The notes below the pieces were generated by a model. That model was not told the DNA's origin. It did no database searches and worked only from the letters and a program-made list of their open reading frames with translations. DNA of 64,000 nt from Escherichia coli. GTDB lineage: Bacteria > Pseudomonadota > Gammaproteobacteria > Enterobacterales > Enterobacteriaceae. Location of the stretch: assembly GCF_003334405.1 (NCBI RefSeq), contig NZ_QOWM01000008.1. One strand, given 5' to 3'. The translations under genes were made by a program, and so were the position numbers. Of the stretch, positions 12,253-23,334 are shown piece after piece (within the stretch, counting starts at the first letter, position 1; every line of letters begins with the position of its first letter).

Positions 12253-12446
12253 GCACTCTCCTTGAGTTTTATGCAGGTGTTAATTAGCGGGCAATTGTAC
12301 CCTGGTTAAGCCTCGGGTGGCAGCATCAGGTCTTGTATGGAAAAGCATATCTTTGTAAAGCGGAGGTAATTGCTGGCCTTCAGGCATGGGCAAATCGCGG
12401 CAAGTGGCGACCGAGTTAATATTTGCGTAGCGAAAATATTTAAAAA

Positions 12447-12460
12447 TTGATTTAAATCAC
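12447..12460 (+). promoter_or_regulatory. FNR-type site TTGATttaaATCAc upstream of ompW
   Basis: Matches FNR consensus TTGAT-N4-ATCAA at 13/14 positions, about 150 nt upstream of ompW ATG. Confidence 0.4.
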
Positions 12461-12608
12461 ATTAACCAGGATTCTCAATGCAACTTCTAAATTAATCCAG
12501 ATCAATAAAGAGTGAATTATCATATGTAATGTGATCTATGTAGGATCATTTGTTACTCCAATGTAGGTATATTCGTCACGTTTTTATAACCATAACGACG
12601 GAGCGGAT

Positions 12609-13247
12609 ATGAAAAAGTTAACAGTGGCGGCTTTGGCAGTAACAACTCTTCTCTCTGGCAGTGCCTTTGCGCATGAAGCAGGCGAATTTTTTATGCGTGC
12701 AGGTTCTGCAACCGTACGTCCAACAGAAGGTGCTGGTGGTACGTTAGGAAGTCTGGGTGGATTCAGCGTGACCAATAACACGCAACTGGGCCTTACGTTT
12801 ACTTATATGGCGACCGACAACATTGGTGTGGAATTACTGGCAGCGACGCCGTTCCGCCATAAAATCGGCACCCGGGCGACCGGCGATATTGCAACCGTTC
12901 ATCATCTGCCACCAACACTGATGGCGCAGTGGTATTTTGGTGATGCCAGCAGCAAATTCCGTCCTTACGTTGGGGCAGGTATTAACTACACCACCTTCTT
13001 TGATAATGGATTTAACGATCATGGCAAAGAGGCAGGGCTTTCCGATCTCAGTCTGAAAGATTCCTGGGGAGCTGCCGGGCAGGTGGGGGTTGATTATCTG
13101 ATTAACCGTGACTGGTTGGTTAACATGTCAGTGTGGTACATGGATATCGATACCACCGCCAATTATAAGCTGGGCGGTGCACAGCAACACGATAGCGTAC
13201 GCCTCGATCCGTGGGTGTTTATGTTCTCAGCAGGATATCGTTTTTAA
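12609..13247 (+). CDS. ompW: Outer membrane protein W
   Basis: 212-aa ORF; signal peptide ending AFA-HEAG; beta-barrel with C-terminal YRF. Confidence 0.95.
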   Translation: MKKLTVAALAVTTLLSGSAFAHEAGEFFMRAGSATVRPTEGAGGTLGSLGGFSVTNNTQLGLTFTYMATDNIGVELLAATPFRHKIGTRATGDIATVHHLPPTLMAQWYFGDASSKFRPYVGAGINYTTFFDNGFNDHGKEAGLSDLSLKDSWGAAGQVGVDYLINRDWLVNMSVWYMDIDTTANYKLGGAQQHDSVRLDPWVFMFSAGYRF

Positions 13248-13255
13248 TTCCGCAC

Positions 13256-13282
13256 AAAAACGACCCCGTAATATACGGGGTC
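13256..13282. terminator. Terminator hairpin between convergent ompW and yciE
   Basis: gaccccgta-ata-tacggggtc with A-run on the plus side (T-run for the minus-strand transcript). Confidence 0.55.
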
Positions 13283-13306
13283 AATAAGGACATGGTATAA
13301 AGGGTA

Positions 13307-13813
13307 TTATTTCTTCGCTTCTACGCCATCAGTTTCAGAGCGAATTAAAAATTTCTCAGTTGTTTGCGGAATATTCTGAATCAGCCAGTCGGCCATTTGC
13401 TTTTCCTCATTTAAAATCGCTTCGATGGTTGGAATTGAAGCTGTATCACCGGCATTTTTTGCTGCTGCTAATAGTGAGGTGTAACAGGCGATTTCAAATT
13501 GCTCGAAGACATATCCGCTAATAGAGCCTTTGACTATTTCATCAGAAGGGAATATACCACCGATTGACTGCCCAAGCGCAGCCATTTTACTCATGGAATC
13601 TTTAATGACTGAACGTGAAATGTCATTACGATCAAGAATAGTTTCCAGTTGAACAATCTGGTTTTTGGTTTCACTAAGATGTTGTTCAATACGAGCGCGT
13701 AGTTCAGGATAATTATCTATACGGCTGGCCATGGATTCAAGCATAGATTCGGCTTGCTTTTCCATTGCGTGGGCGTCACGTAACCAGTCATGATAATGTT
13801 CAATACGATTCAT
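13307..13813 (-). CDS. yciE: Ferritin-like DUF892 protein YciE
   Basis: 168-aa ORF. Confidence 0.9.
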   Translation of the reverse strand: MNRIEHYHDWLRDAHAMEKQAESMLESMASRIDNYPELRARIEQHLSETKNQIVQLETILDRNDISRSVIKDSMSKMAALGQSIGGIFPSDEIVKGSISGYVFEQFEIACYTSLLAAAKNAGDTASIPTIEAILNEEKQMADWLIQNIPQTTEKFLIRSETDGVEAKK

Positions 13814-13858
13814 GAAAATGTCCTCTTTATAAAATGACTAAAAGTTAAAATTCATATT

Positions 13859-14359
13859 TCAGGCTTTATTTTCGGCTTTCTTATTTACGTTATTAATGGC
13901 CAGATCAGTCAGTTTGATGTCGGTGGCCTTTTCTTCTTCCAGGGTTTCTTTCAGAAGCTTCGCTGCTTTACGGTAACCTAATTGTTCAGCCAGCGTCGCT
14001 AATGTCCCGTAACTGGCAATCTCATAATGCTCGACTTTCTGTGCTGCGGCAATCAGTGCGGCATCACGCACTTCGTTTTTCTCGGTACTTTCGATGACCT
14101 CATTAGCTTCTTCAATAAGACCTTCCATTGCCACACATTTCATGCGCTTAATTTTCAGGTTCGATTCGGACTCCACAACTTGATCAATACGTTCAATCTG
14201 TCCATGAGTTTCCTCGAGGTGCGCATGAAAAGCCTGACTTAATTTTTCATTTGATGTTGCTCTTGCGAGTTTTGCCAGTGCCCGGGTTAATTGTTTTTCT
14301 GCGCTGTAGGTATCTGAAAGCAGGTGAATAAATACATCTTCAATGGTCTTCATATTCAT
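13859..14359 (-). CDS. yciF: Ferritin-like DUF892 protein YciF
   Basis: ORF 13859-14407 minus; start at MNMKT (ATG 14357-14359) with GGAG Shine-Dalgarno gives 166 aa. Confidence 0.88.
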   Translation of the reverse strand: MNMKTIEDVFIHLLSDTYSAEKQLTRALAKLARATSNEKLSQAFHAHLEETHGQIERIDQVVESESNLKIKRMKCVAMEGLIEEANEVIESTEKNEVRDAALIAAAQKVEHYEIASYGTLATLAEQLGYRKAAKLLKETLEEEKATDIKLTDLAINNVNKKAENKA

Positions 14360-14444
14360 ATTTTTCTCCAGTGAAATCACTGCGAGCCATACGGCCCGCA
14401 GATGCAATTATCTTTATCAGCTGATATTAATAATTAACGGTGAA

Positions 14445-14624
14445 TCAGGATTTGCCTGATTTATTACCACCGCTTTGTTGACCGCCTTTTTTACCCGCTT
14501 CAGATGCGCGTTGCGGATCATTTTTAAAATTACCGCCGCTATGCTGACCGCCTTTACGGCCTGCGTCGGATGCCTTCTCACGGTCTTCGGCGAAATTTCC
14601 TGAACCACCACGATGTTCGGCCAT
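14445..14624 (-). CDS. yciG: Small stress protein YciG (KGG-repeat protein)
   Basis: 59-aa form MAEHRGGSGNF... inside ORF 14445-14681; repeated KGGQxSGGN motifs. Confidence 0.8.
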   Translation of the reverse strand: MAEHRGGSGNFAEDREKASDAGRKGGQHSGGNFKNDPQRASEAGKKGGQQSGGNKSGKS

Positions 14625-14970
14625 GTTATTTCTCCCGTTGCGTTGCATTGTTTCATTAATATGAGTGTTGTGTGTCGACACTCATTAAAATTAGTCGCTA
14701 ATGAGAATTAGTCAAATTAAGCGCAACGAGAAGATAGAGGGAAAATATATTTTGAGGAACATTCTGGATATATTAACAATTACCTGAGGAATAAGTGACT
14801 TAGAGAAAATTATTGATTTTACTGGTGTTATGTTGCGGGATTAATTTGTTTGATTATATTACTGTTGGGCGGAAAAATGACGTAAGTTGACGTTCGACCG
14901 GGGTAAGCGAAACGGTAAAAAGATAAATATTAAATGAATTTAGGATTTTTCCGGCTTCATTAAAGAAAGT

Positions 14971-14998
14971 TAAAATGCCGCCAGCGGAACTGGCGGCT
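14971..14998 (-). terminator. trp operon terminator trp t
   Basis: Minus-strand hairpin gccgccagttccgctggcggc followed by UUUU, immediately after trpA stop. Confidence 0.75.
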
Positions 14999-15004
14999 GT
15001 GGGA

Positions 15005-15811
15005 TTAACTGCGCGTCGCCGCTTTCATCGGTTGTACAAAAACTTTCAGTGCCGCCAGCATTTTCTCTGGCTCATTAATATGTTGCTCGATGATTTTAAC
15101 AATGGCCGAACCAGAAATCGCGCCCGCAGCTCCTGCATCAATCGCTGCTTTTACCTGATCCGGGGCGGAAATACCAAATCCCTGCAATGGAGGTGCAGCG
15201 TTGTACTCTTTCAGCTTCGCAACCAGATGATTGAGGGGTAACGCGGCGCGGTTTTCTGCGCCGGTCACGCCTGCTCGTGACAGCAAATAGGTGTAACCAC
15301 GACCGTAAGAGGCTATCTGGCGCAGCAGGTCGTCATCGGCATTTGGCGGGCAGATGAAGATAGGTGCGACATTATGACGCAACGCGGCCTGGCGGAAGGG
15401 CGCGGACTCTTCAACTGGCACATCGGCAACCAGCACCGAATCGACGCCGACTTTTTCGCACTGGGCATAAAACTCATCAATGCCTTTGTTAAACACCAGA
15501 TTGGCATACATCAACAGGCCAATGGGAATGGTCGGGTGTTTCTGGCGAATCAGTGCCAGCATTTCAAAACATTGTGCCGGAGTCACACCTGCCGCAAAGG
15601 CGCGCAGAGTGGCGTTTTGAATCGTCGGGCCATCCGCCAGTGGGTCGGAGAAGGGGATACCTAACTCCAGCGCGTCAGCACCGGCTTCAATTAGCGTATC
15701 GATAATTTTCAATGACTGCTCAATGCCCGGATCACCGAGCGTGACGAAAGGAACGAATGCGCCTTCTTTGCGCTCCTTCAACTGGGCAAACAGAGATTCG
15801 TAGCGTTCCAT
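15005..15811 (-). CDS. trpA: Tryptophan synthase alpha subunit
   Basis: 268-aa ORF; 1-nt overlap with trpB stop. Confidence 0.97.
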
Positions 15812-17004
15812 CAGATTTCCCCTCGTGCTTTCAAAATATCGTGAACGGTGAAGATGTCTTTATCGCCGCGACCGGAAAGGTTAACCACCAGTAGCTGCTC
15901 TTTATCCGGGTTTTCGCGCATCATTTTCAACGCATGGGCCAGGGCGTGGGAGGATTCCAGCGCCGGGATGATCCCTTCGTGCAGGCACAGCGTTTTGAAG
16001 GCTTCAAGGGCTTCATCATCGGTAATAGACACGTAATCAGCGCGTCCAGTGCTGTTAAGATACGCGTGTTGTGGGCCGACAGACGGGAAATCCAGTCCGG
16101 CGGAGATGGAGTAAGATTCTTCAATCTGCCCGTCTTCGGTTTGCATCATCGGCGCTTTCATACCGAAATAGATACCCACGCGACCATGTTTTAGCGGTGC
16201 GCCGTGCTCGCCAGTTTCGATACCGTGACCACCTGGCTCCACACCAATCAGGCCGACGTTGGTTTCATTGATGAAATCAGCAAACATGCCGATGGCATTC
16301 GAACCGCCGCCAACACAGGCGATAACGGCATCCGGCAGGCGACCTTCTCTTTCCAGAATCTGCGCTTTGGTTTCTTCGCCAATCATCCGCTGAAACTCAC
16401 GCACAATGGTCGGATAAGGATGCGGGCCAGCTGCGGTGCCCAGCATATAGTGCGCGGTTTCGTAACTACCGGACCAGTCGCGCAGCGCCTCGTTACAGGC
16501 ATCTTTCAGCGTCGCGGAACCGCTATGCACCGGGATCACTTCCGCACCCATTAAGCGCATACGAAAAACGTTAGGCGACTGGCGTTCAACGTCTTTGGCA
16601 CCCATATAAATACGGCATTTCAGGCCGAGCAGGGCGCTGGCAAGGGCCGACGCCACGCCATGCTGACCGGCACCGGTTTCGGCGATGATTTCGGTTTTAC
16701 CCATCCGCTTCGCCAGCAACGCCTGCCCCAGCACCTGGTTAGTTTTATGCGCGCCGCCGTGCAGCAAATCTTCACGCTTGAGATACAGCGTGGTGTTCGT
16801 CCCGGCTGTAATGTTCTGGCATTTGGTCAGCGCGGTTGGACGCCCGGCATAGTTTTTCAGCAGGTCGTTGAACTGAGCCTGAAATTCAGGATCTTTTTGC
16901 GCACTGACAAAAGCTTCTTCCAGCTGGCGCAGAGCAGGCATCAGGATTTGTGGCACGTACATGCCGCCAAACTCACCAAAATAGGGGTTAAGTAATGTTG
17001 TCAT
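15811..17004 (-). CDS. trpB: Tryptophan synthase beta subunit (PLP-dependent)
   Basis: 397-aa ORF. Confidence 0.97.
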
Positions 17005-17015
17005 TGTTCCTTTCC

Positions 17016-18377
17016 TTAATATGCGCGCAGCGTCTGGAAAACCGAGGCCAAAAGACGTGCGTCTTTGATGCCCGGTTGCGACTCTACAGCAGAATTAAAA
17101 TCAAGTCCGGCGCAGCCGGTTTGTGCCGCTTCCACGCAGTTATCTGCGCCTAAGCCCCCCGCCAGCAGAACGTTGCCAAGCGATTGACCATTTAATAGTG
17201 ACCAGTCAAAACGTTGCCCGCTTCCACCCTGGCCGTTGTCTAAAACATATTTATCAACGTGCTGAAACTCGCGGGCGGGCAGGGTTTCACCGACGCTTAA
17301 TGCTTTCCAGATGGCAACATGTGCTGGCAGAGCTTCACGCAGCGTATCGATATACAGCTGTTCTTCATTACCATGCAGTTGCACTGCCGCCAGCGATAAC
17401 ACCTTAGCTTTGTCCACCACATCGGCAATATCGTGATTGCGGAACACGCCAACATACTGCAACGGTGCCGCAGCCATCACTTCCTGCGCCTGTTCAACGT
17501 TGACGCAACGCGGTGATGTCGCAACAAAAATCAACCCACCGTAAATCGCGCCCGCGTCATAAGCTGCTTTAGCATCTTGCCCACGCGTCAGGCCACATAC
17601 TTTATTCTCACCCAGCAACACCCGGCGCACGGCGGCGTGCAAATCGTCATGGGCCATCAACGCCGAACCAATCAGAAAACCGTTAGCGAAGTGGCTTAAC
17701 TCGCGCACCTGAGCGTAAGTATTGATGCCGGATTCGCTGATTACCGTCACGTTGTGCCCCAGTTTCGGCGCAAGCTCGCGGGTACGGTTGAGATCAATCG
17801 ACAAATCACGCAGATCGCGGTTGTTGATGCCAACGACCTTTGCTCCCAATGCAATGGCGCGCTCCTGTTCCTCTTCATTACTGACTTCGGTCAGCACCCC
17901 CATCTCCAGACTGTGAGCGACGGCGGCAAGCTGGCGATATTGGTCGTCATCCAGTACTGAAAGCATTAATAAGCAGGCATCGGCCTGGTAATAGCGCGCC
18001 AGATAGATCTGGTAAGGGTCGATAATGAAGTCTTTACATAAAATCGGCTGCGGGGCGATTTGGCTGACGATGGGGAGGAAATTAAAGCTCCCCTGAAAAT
18101 ATTTCTCATCAGTCAGCACCGAAATTGCCGAAGCGTAATGTTTATAAATGGCGGCAATGCGTGCTGGATCGAAATCATCACGGATCACGCCTTTTGACGG
18201 CGACGCTTTCTTGCACTCCAGAATAAACGCCGTGCGCGCACCCTGTAGCGCATCATAAAAATGTCGCGTGCTCGGCTGAACCTCATTCTGAAAACTGGCC
18301 AGCGGTTGCTGCTGTTTGCGGGCTTCTACCCAAATCGCCTTGTCTGCGACGATTTTCGCTAAAACGGTTTGCATCAT
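17016..18377 (-). CDS. trpC: Bifunctional indole-3-glycerol-phosphate synthase / phosphoribosylanthranilate isomerase
   Basis: 453-aa ORF. Confidence 0.96.
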
Positions 18378-19973
18378 TTACCCTCGTGCCGCCAGTGCGG
18401 TGACTCTGTCGTAAGCGGAACCACTGCGCAGTACCTCAAGAACGGTTTGCGCATTGGCTTGCAGATCTTCATGGCCATGCAGGCGCATTAACATGGCGAC
18501 GTTCGCAGCGACGGCTGCTTCATGGGCGGCGTCGCCTTTACCTTGTAACAAACGTGTTAAAATGTCACGGTTTTCTTCCGGTGTTCCGCCTGCCAGTTGC
18601 TCCTGGTGGTAGGGTGTCAGGCCAAAGTCTTCTGCGGTGAGCTGATAGCTTTTAATTTCGCCGTCATGCAGTTCGGCAACGATTGTCGGCGCGTGTAATG
18701 AAACTTCATCCATCCCGCCGCTGTGCACCACCGCCGCGCGTTGATACCCCAGCACGCGCAAGGTTTCGGCAATCGGCAGCACCAGTTCCGGACTATAAAC
18801 ACCAATTAACGCCAGCGGCGGATGCGCCGGGTTAATCAATGGCCCCAGCACATTGAACAGGGTGCGGGTTTTCAGTTGCTGGCGAACCGGCATCGCGTGG
18901 CGGAATCCGGTGTGATACTTCGGCGCAAAGAGGAAACATACACCTAACTCATCCAGCGCCTGGCGCGATTTATCGGCGTTCATATCAAGATTAATACCGA
19001 ACGCCGCCAGCAGATCGGACGAACCAGATTTACTGGAGACGCTACGGTTGCCGTGTTTCGCCACTTTCAGCCCACAGGCCGCGGCGACAAACGCACTGGC
19101 GGTAGAAATATTGATACTGTTGCTGCCGTCACCGCCAGTACCGACGATATCAGCAAACAGATAATCCGGGCGCGGGAACGGCGCTGCGTTTTCCAGTAGC
19201 GCGGTTGCTGCCCCGGCGATCTCGTTCGGGTGCTCACCGCGAATTTTCATGCTCACCAGCGCCGCCGCCAGTTGTTCCGGCTTCAGCTCGCCACGCACCA
19301 CCGCTGAAAACAGCTGGTGGCTTTCTTGTTGGCTAAGCGTCTGCGCCTGATACAGTTTTTCCAGAATCGGTTGCAGCGTGTTGGCTGGCTCTAGTTTCTG
19401 CTGCGCCCAGGCCAGCGTTTGTTCCAGCAGGCGAGCGCCCTGGGTGGTGAGAATGGATTCCGGATGGAACTGGAATCCACAAACGCGATCCGCATCGTGA
19501 CGTACTGCCATCACCATGCCATTAAAATGGGCGTTGATGGTTAAACCGGCCGGAATGTTACTGCCAACCAGCGAGTGATAACGCGCCACCGGCAGCGGGT
19601 TTGTTAATCCGGCAAACATCGCCTGACCGTCATGTTCAATGCTGGAGGCTTTACCGTGGAGAATTTCGCCCGCCTGACCGACATAGCCCCCGTAAGCTTC
19701 GACAATCGCCTGATGTCCGAGGCAAATGCCAATAATGGGCAGCTTGCCACGCAAGCGGGTGAGGAGTTCCGGCATACAACCGGCTTCGCTCGGCACACCG
19801 GGGCCAGGAGAAAGCATCAGCACCGGATTGCTCATGGTCGCCAGGCGTTCAATTAAGGTTTGCGCCGGAATATGGTTGCGGTAAATCACCACGTTATGCC
19901 CATTGCTGCGCAACTGATCTGCCAGGTTGTACGTAAAAGAGTCGATATTATCGAGCAGCAGAATGTCAGCCAT
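18378..19973 (-). CDS. trpD: Bifunctional anthranilate synthase component II / anthranilate phosphoribosyltransferase
   Basis: 531-aa ORF; overlaps trpE stop. Confidence 0.96.
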   Translation of the reverse strand: MADILLLDNIDSFTYNLADQLRSNGHNVVIYRNHIPAQTLIERLATMSNPVLMLSPGPGVPSEAGCMPELLTRLRGKLPIIGICLGHQAIVEAYGGYVGQAGEILHGKASSIEHDGQAMFAGLTNPLPVARYHSLVGSNIPAGLTINAHFNGMVMAVRHDADRVCGFQFHPESILTTQGARLLEQTLAWAQQKLEPANTLQPILEKLYQAQTLSQQESHQLFSAVVRGELKPEQLAAALVSMKIRGEHPNEIAGAATALLENAAPFPRPDYLFADIVGTGGDGSNSINISTASAFVAAACGLKVAKHGNRSVSSKSGSSDLLAAFGINLDMNADKSRQALDELGVCFLFAPKYHTGFRHAMPVRQQLKTRTLFNVLGPLINPAHPPLALIGVYSPELVLPIAETLRVLGYQRAAVVHSGGMDEVSLHAPTIVAELHDGEIKSYQLTAEDFGLTPYHQEQLAGGTPEENRDILTRLLQGKGDAAHEAAVAANVAMLMRLHGHEDLQANAQTVLEVLRSGSAYDRVTALAARG

Positions 19974-21535
19974 CAGAAAGTCTCCTGTGCATGATGCGCG
20001 GTGGCAATAGCGCGCAGTACAGCGCGGGCTTTGTTACGGGTTTCGTCGGCTTCCGACTGCGGAACAGAATCAAGGACTACACCAGCACCCGCTTGCACGG
20101 TGGCGATACCGTTTTCCACCAGCGCCGAGCGGATCACAATGCAGGTGTCGAGATCGCCATGCGCGGTGAAATAACCTACCGCGCCGCCGTAGCTGCCGCG
20201 GCGACGACCTTCCGCCTCGGCAATTAACTGCATAGCGCGTACTTTCGGCGCACCGCTTAACGTCCCCATATTCATACAGGCGCGATAAGCGTGCAGGGCG
20301 TCAAGATCGTGACGCAGTTCGCCGACTACGCGAGAGACGAGGTGCATCACATAGGAATAACGGTCAACTTTGGTGAGATCGGCGACGTAGCGGCTGCCGG
20401 GGGTGCAAATGCGTGCCAGATCATTACGGGCGAGATCAACCAGCATCAGATGTTCAGACAGCTCTTTATGATCGGTACGCATTTCCAGTTCAATACGGCT
20501 GTCGAGATCTCTGTCCAGTGAACCATCGGCGCGACGACCGCGTGGGCGTGTTCCGGCAATCGGGTAGATCTCAATCTGGCGGCTGGTGGCATCATACTTG
20601 AGCGAGCTTTCCGGCGACGCGCCAAATAGGGTGAAATCATTATCCTGCATAAAAAACATGTACGGGCTGGGATTACTCTTTTTCAGCACGTAATAGGCCG
20701 CCAGCGGTGACGGGCAGGGCAGAGAGAAACGGCGAGATGGCACCACCTGGAAAATTTCTCCAGCGCGAATCGCTTTTTGCAACAAACGCACTACGCCACC
20801 GAACTCTTCATCGCTCTGATTACATTCACAACGCATATGCGGCACGGAAACCACTGGCAGCGGCGGCGCGGCTTCGGTCAGTTGCTGACGTAGTTCGTTC
20901 AGGCGAGCAGTGAGACGTTGTTTTTCTTCTTCATTCGGAGCAAACAGGCTGGCCTGAATACGGGTGCTTTTTTTCTGATGGTCAATCACCATCAGCGTTT
21001 CAGCGAGATAAAAACAGAAATCAGGGCAGTTATTTTCCGCTGACAGTTGCGGTAAATCTTCAAATCCCGCCACAAGGTCATAAGAGAACAGGCCGCCGAA
21101 GAACATGGCTTCTCGTTCTTCCTTCGGTACATTCAACAGATTCTGCAATAAACGGAAAGCGTCAAAAACCGAAAGGGAGCATAAGCGGGCGTCTTCATCC
21201 AGCAGTGGACTGACAGGGGGGAAGCGCAGCACACGGCAGTTTGGTGATTGTTCACTTTCCACACCCGCAGGCAGGGCGTTATCCAGTAGTGCCAGCAGGG
21301 CTTCGCCGTTGCCGGAAAGTGCCTGGATTGTGACAGTGTCACCTAAAGCTGTAATGCGCAGCGCACTGTCTACCAGCAGCAGGCTTTTTAAATCATCTTT
21401 GCTGTCGATATCTGCGGATTCCAGCAGCAGCGTTGCCGGACGATCCCCACACAACTGGTGAAAAAGCGCGGTGGGATTGTCGCGATAAGCGCCTTCGCAG
21501 GTTAGCAGTTCGAGAGTCGGTTTTTGTGTTTGCAT
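19973..21535 (-). CDS. trpE: Anthranilate synthase component I
   Basis: 520-aa ORF. Confidence 0.97.
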   Translation of the reverse strand: MQTQKPTLELLTCEGAYRDNPTALFHQLCGDRPATLLLESADIDSKDDLKSLLLVDSALRITALGDTVTIQALSGNGEALLALLDNALPAGVESEQSPNCRVLRFPPVSPLLDEDARLCSLSVFDAFRLLQNLLNVPKEEREAMFFGGLFSYDLVAGFEDLPQLSAENNCPDFCFYLAETLMVIDHQKKSTRIQASLFAPNEEEKQRLTARLNELRQQLTEAAPPLPVVSVPHMRCECNQSDEEFGGVVRLLQKAIRAGEIFQVVPSRRFSLPCPSPLAAYYVLKKSNPSPYMFFMQDNDFTLFGASPESSLKYDATSRQIEIYPIAGTRPRGRRADGSLDRDLDSRIELEMRTDHKELSEHLMLVDLARNDLARICTPGSRYVADLTKVDRYSYVMHLVSRVVGELRHDLDALHAYRACMNMGTLSGAPKVRAMQLIAEAEGRRRGSYGGAVGYFTAHGDLDTCIVIRSALVENGIATVQAGAGVVLDSVPQSEADETRNKARAVLRAIATAHHAQETF

Positions 21536-21556
21536 TGTTATTCTCTAATTTTGTTC

Positions 21557-21584
21557 AAAAAAAAGCCCGCTCATTAGGCGGGCT
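21557..21584 (-). terminator. trp attenuator (3:4 terminator hairpin plus U-run)
   Basis: Minus strand reads agcccgcctaatgagcgggcttttttttg between trpL and trpE. Confidence 0.9.
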
Positions 21585-21626
21585 GGGTATCTGATTGCTT
21601 TACGCATGGTGAATACACTGCCCGTT

Positions 21627-21671
21627 TCAGGAAGTGCGCCACCAACCTTTCAGTACGAAAATTGCTTTCAT
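21627..21671 (-). CDS. trpL: trp operon leader peptide [14 protein letters not shown]
   Basis: 14 codons with tandem Trp codons TGG-TGG, read directly on the minus strand. Confidence 0.9.
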
Positions 21672-21698
21672 TGTCGATACCCTTTTTACGTGAACTTG

Positions 21699-21733
21699 CG
21701 TACTAGTTAACTAGTTCGATGATTAATTGTCAA
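21699..21733 (-). promoter_or_regulatory. trp promoter (-35 TTGACA, -10 TTAACT) with overlapping TrpR operator
   Basis: Minus strand reads tgttgacaattaatcatcgaactagttaactagtacgcaagttcacg; core actagttaactagt is palindromic. Confidence 0.85.
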
Positions 21734-21808
21734 CAGCTCATTTCAGAATATTTGCCAGAACCGTTATGATGTCGGCGCAAAAAACATTATCCAGAACGGG
21801 AGTGCGCC

Positions 21809-22690
21809 TTGAGCGACACGAATTATGCAGTGATTTACGACCTGCACAGCCATACCACAGCTTCCGATGGCTGCCTGACGCCAGAAGCATTGGTGCACCG
21901 TGCAGTCGAGATGCGCGTCGGCACCCTGGCGATCACCGACCATGACACCACAGCTGCAATCGCGCCAGCAAGAGAGGAAATTTCACGTTCGGGACTGGCG
22001 TTGAATCTTATTCCCGGCGTGGAAATTTCCACGGTCTGGGAAAATCATGAAATTCATATTGTCGGGCTGAATATTGATATTACTCATCCGCTAATGTGTG
22101 AGTTCCTCGCGCAGCAGACAGAACGGCGCAATCAGCGGGCGCAGCTGATTGCCGAAAGACTTGAAAAAGCGCAAATACCTGGGGCGCTGGAAGGCGCACA
22201 ACGACTGGCGCAGGGCGGCGCAGTGACGCGCGGTCATTTTGCGCGTTTCCTTGTTGAGTGCGGCAAAGCCAGTTCAATGGCGGATGTCTTTAAAAAGTAT
22301 CTGGCGCGCGGGAAAACCGGATACGTTCCGCCACAGTGGTGTACAATAGAACAAGCTATTGATGTCATTCATCATTCTGGCGGTAAGGCGGTGCTAGCTC
22401 ATCCTGGGCGGTACAATCTTAGTGCTAAATGGCTGAAAAGATTGGTTGCGCATTTTGCCGAACACCACGGTGACGCGATGGAAGTCGCGCAGTGCCAGCA
22501 ATCGCCCAATGAACGTACCCAGCTGGCGGCCCTTGCGCGTCAGCATCATTTATGGGCATCACAAGGATCTGATTTTCATCAGCCATGCCCGTGGATCGAA
22601 CTGGGTCGTAAACTCTGGCTGCCCGCAGGCGTTGAAGGCGTCTGGCAGCTATGGGAACAGCCGCAGAACACCACAGAGAGGGAATTATGA
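21809..22690 (+). CDS. trpH: PHP-domain phosphoesterase TrpH/YciV (5'-3' exoribonuclease RNase AM, also called rnm); TTG start
   Basis: 293-aa ORF; N-terminal HSHTTASDG PHP motif. Confidence 0.9.
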   Translation: MSDTNYAVIYDLHSHTTASDGCLTPEALVHRAVEMRVGTLAITDHDTTAAIAPAREEISRSGLALNLIPGVEISTVWENHEIHIVGLNIDITHPLMCEFLAQQTERRNQRAQLIAERLEKAQIPGALEGAQRLAQGGAVTRGHFARFLVECGKASSMADVFKKYLARGKTGYVPPQWCTIEQAIDVIHHSGGKAVLAHPGRYNLSAKWLKRLVAHFAEHHGDAMEVAQCQQSPNERTQLAALARQHHLWASQGSDFHQPCPWIELGRKLWLPAGVEGVWQLWEQPQNTTEREL

Positions 22691-23307
22691 GCCAGTTTTT
22701 TTATATTCATCCTGATAACCCACAGCAACGTCTGATCAACCAGGCGGTGGAGATCGTGCGTAAAGGCGGGGTGATTGTTTATCCAACTGATTCCGGCTAT
22801 GCGCTCGGCTGTAAAATTGAAGATAAAAACGCGATGGAGCGTATTTGTCGTATTCGCCAGCTGCCGGACGGTCACAACTTTACCCTGATGTGTCGCGATC
22901 TTTCTGAACTCTCGACCTATTCATTTGTTGATAACGTTGCGTTTCGTTTAATGAAAAACAACACGCCGGGCAACTATACCTTCATCCTGAAGGGGACGAA
23001 GGAAGTGCCACGCCGTCTGTTGCAGGAAAAACGCAAAACCATCGGTATGCGTGTGCCTTCTAACCCTATCGCTCAGGCGTTACTTGAAGCATTGGGCGAA
23101 CCGATGCTTTCCACTTCGCTAATGCTGCCAGGCAGCGAATTTACCGAATCGGACCCGGAAGAAATTAAAGATCGTCTGGAAAAACAGGTAGATTTGATTA
23201 TTCACGGCGGCTATCTCGGGCAGAAACCGACAACGGTTATTGATCTTACCGATGATACGCCGGTCGTGGTGCGTGAAGGCGTAGGTGATGTGAAGCCTTT
23301 CTTATAA
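22687..23307 (+). CDS. yciO: YciO (YrdC/Sua5-like dsRNA-binding family)
   Basis: 206 aa from ATG 22687 inside ORF 22651-23307; ATGA overlap with trpH stop. Confidence 0.88.
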   Translation: MSQFFYIHPDNPQQRLINQAVEIVRKGGVIVYPTDSGYALGCKIEDKNAMERICRIRQLPDGHNFTLMCRDLSELSTYSFVDNVAFRLMKNNTPGNYTFILKGTKEVPRRLLQEKRKTIGMRVPSNPIAQALLEALGEPMLSTSLMLPGSEFTESDPEEIKDRLEKQVDLIIHGGYLGQKPTTVIDLTDDTPVVVREGVGDVKPFL

Positions 23308-23334
23308 CAAATTGCGTTCCACGGATGGAAGACT

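Noticed and set aside
14417-14656. 79-aa minus-strand ORF overlapping yciG in another frame
   Set aside because: The yciG frame gives the characteristic Gly-rich KGG-repeat protein; the alternate frame is an overlap artifact.
16204-16995. Several 60-116-aa plus-strand ORFs inside trpB, plus similar ones inside trpC, trpD and trpE
   Set aside because: Antisense or alternate-frame ORFs embedded in well-supported trp genes; Arg/His-rich low-complexity translations typical of out-of-frame GC-rich DNA.
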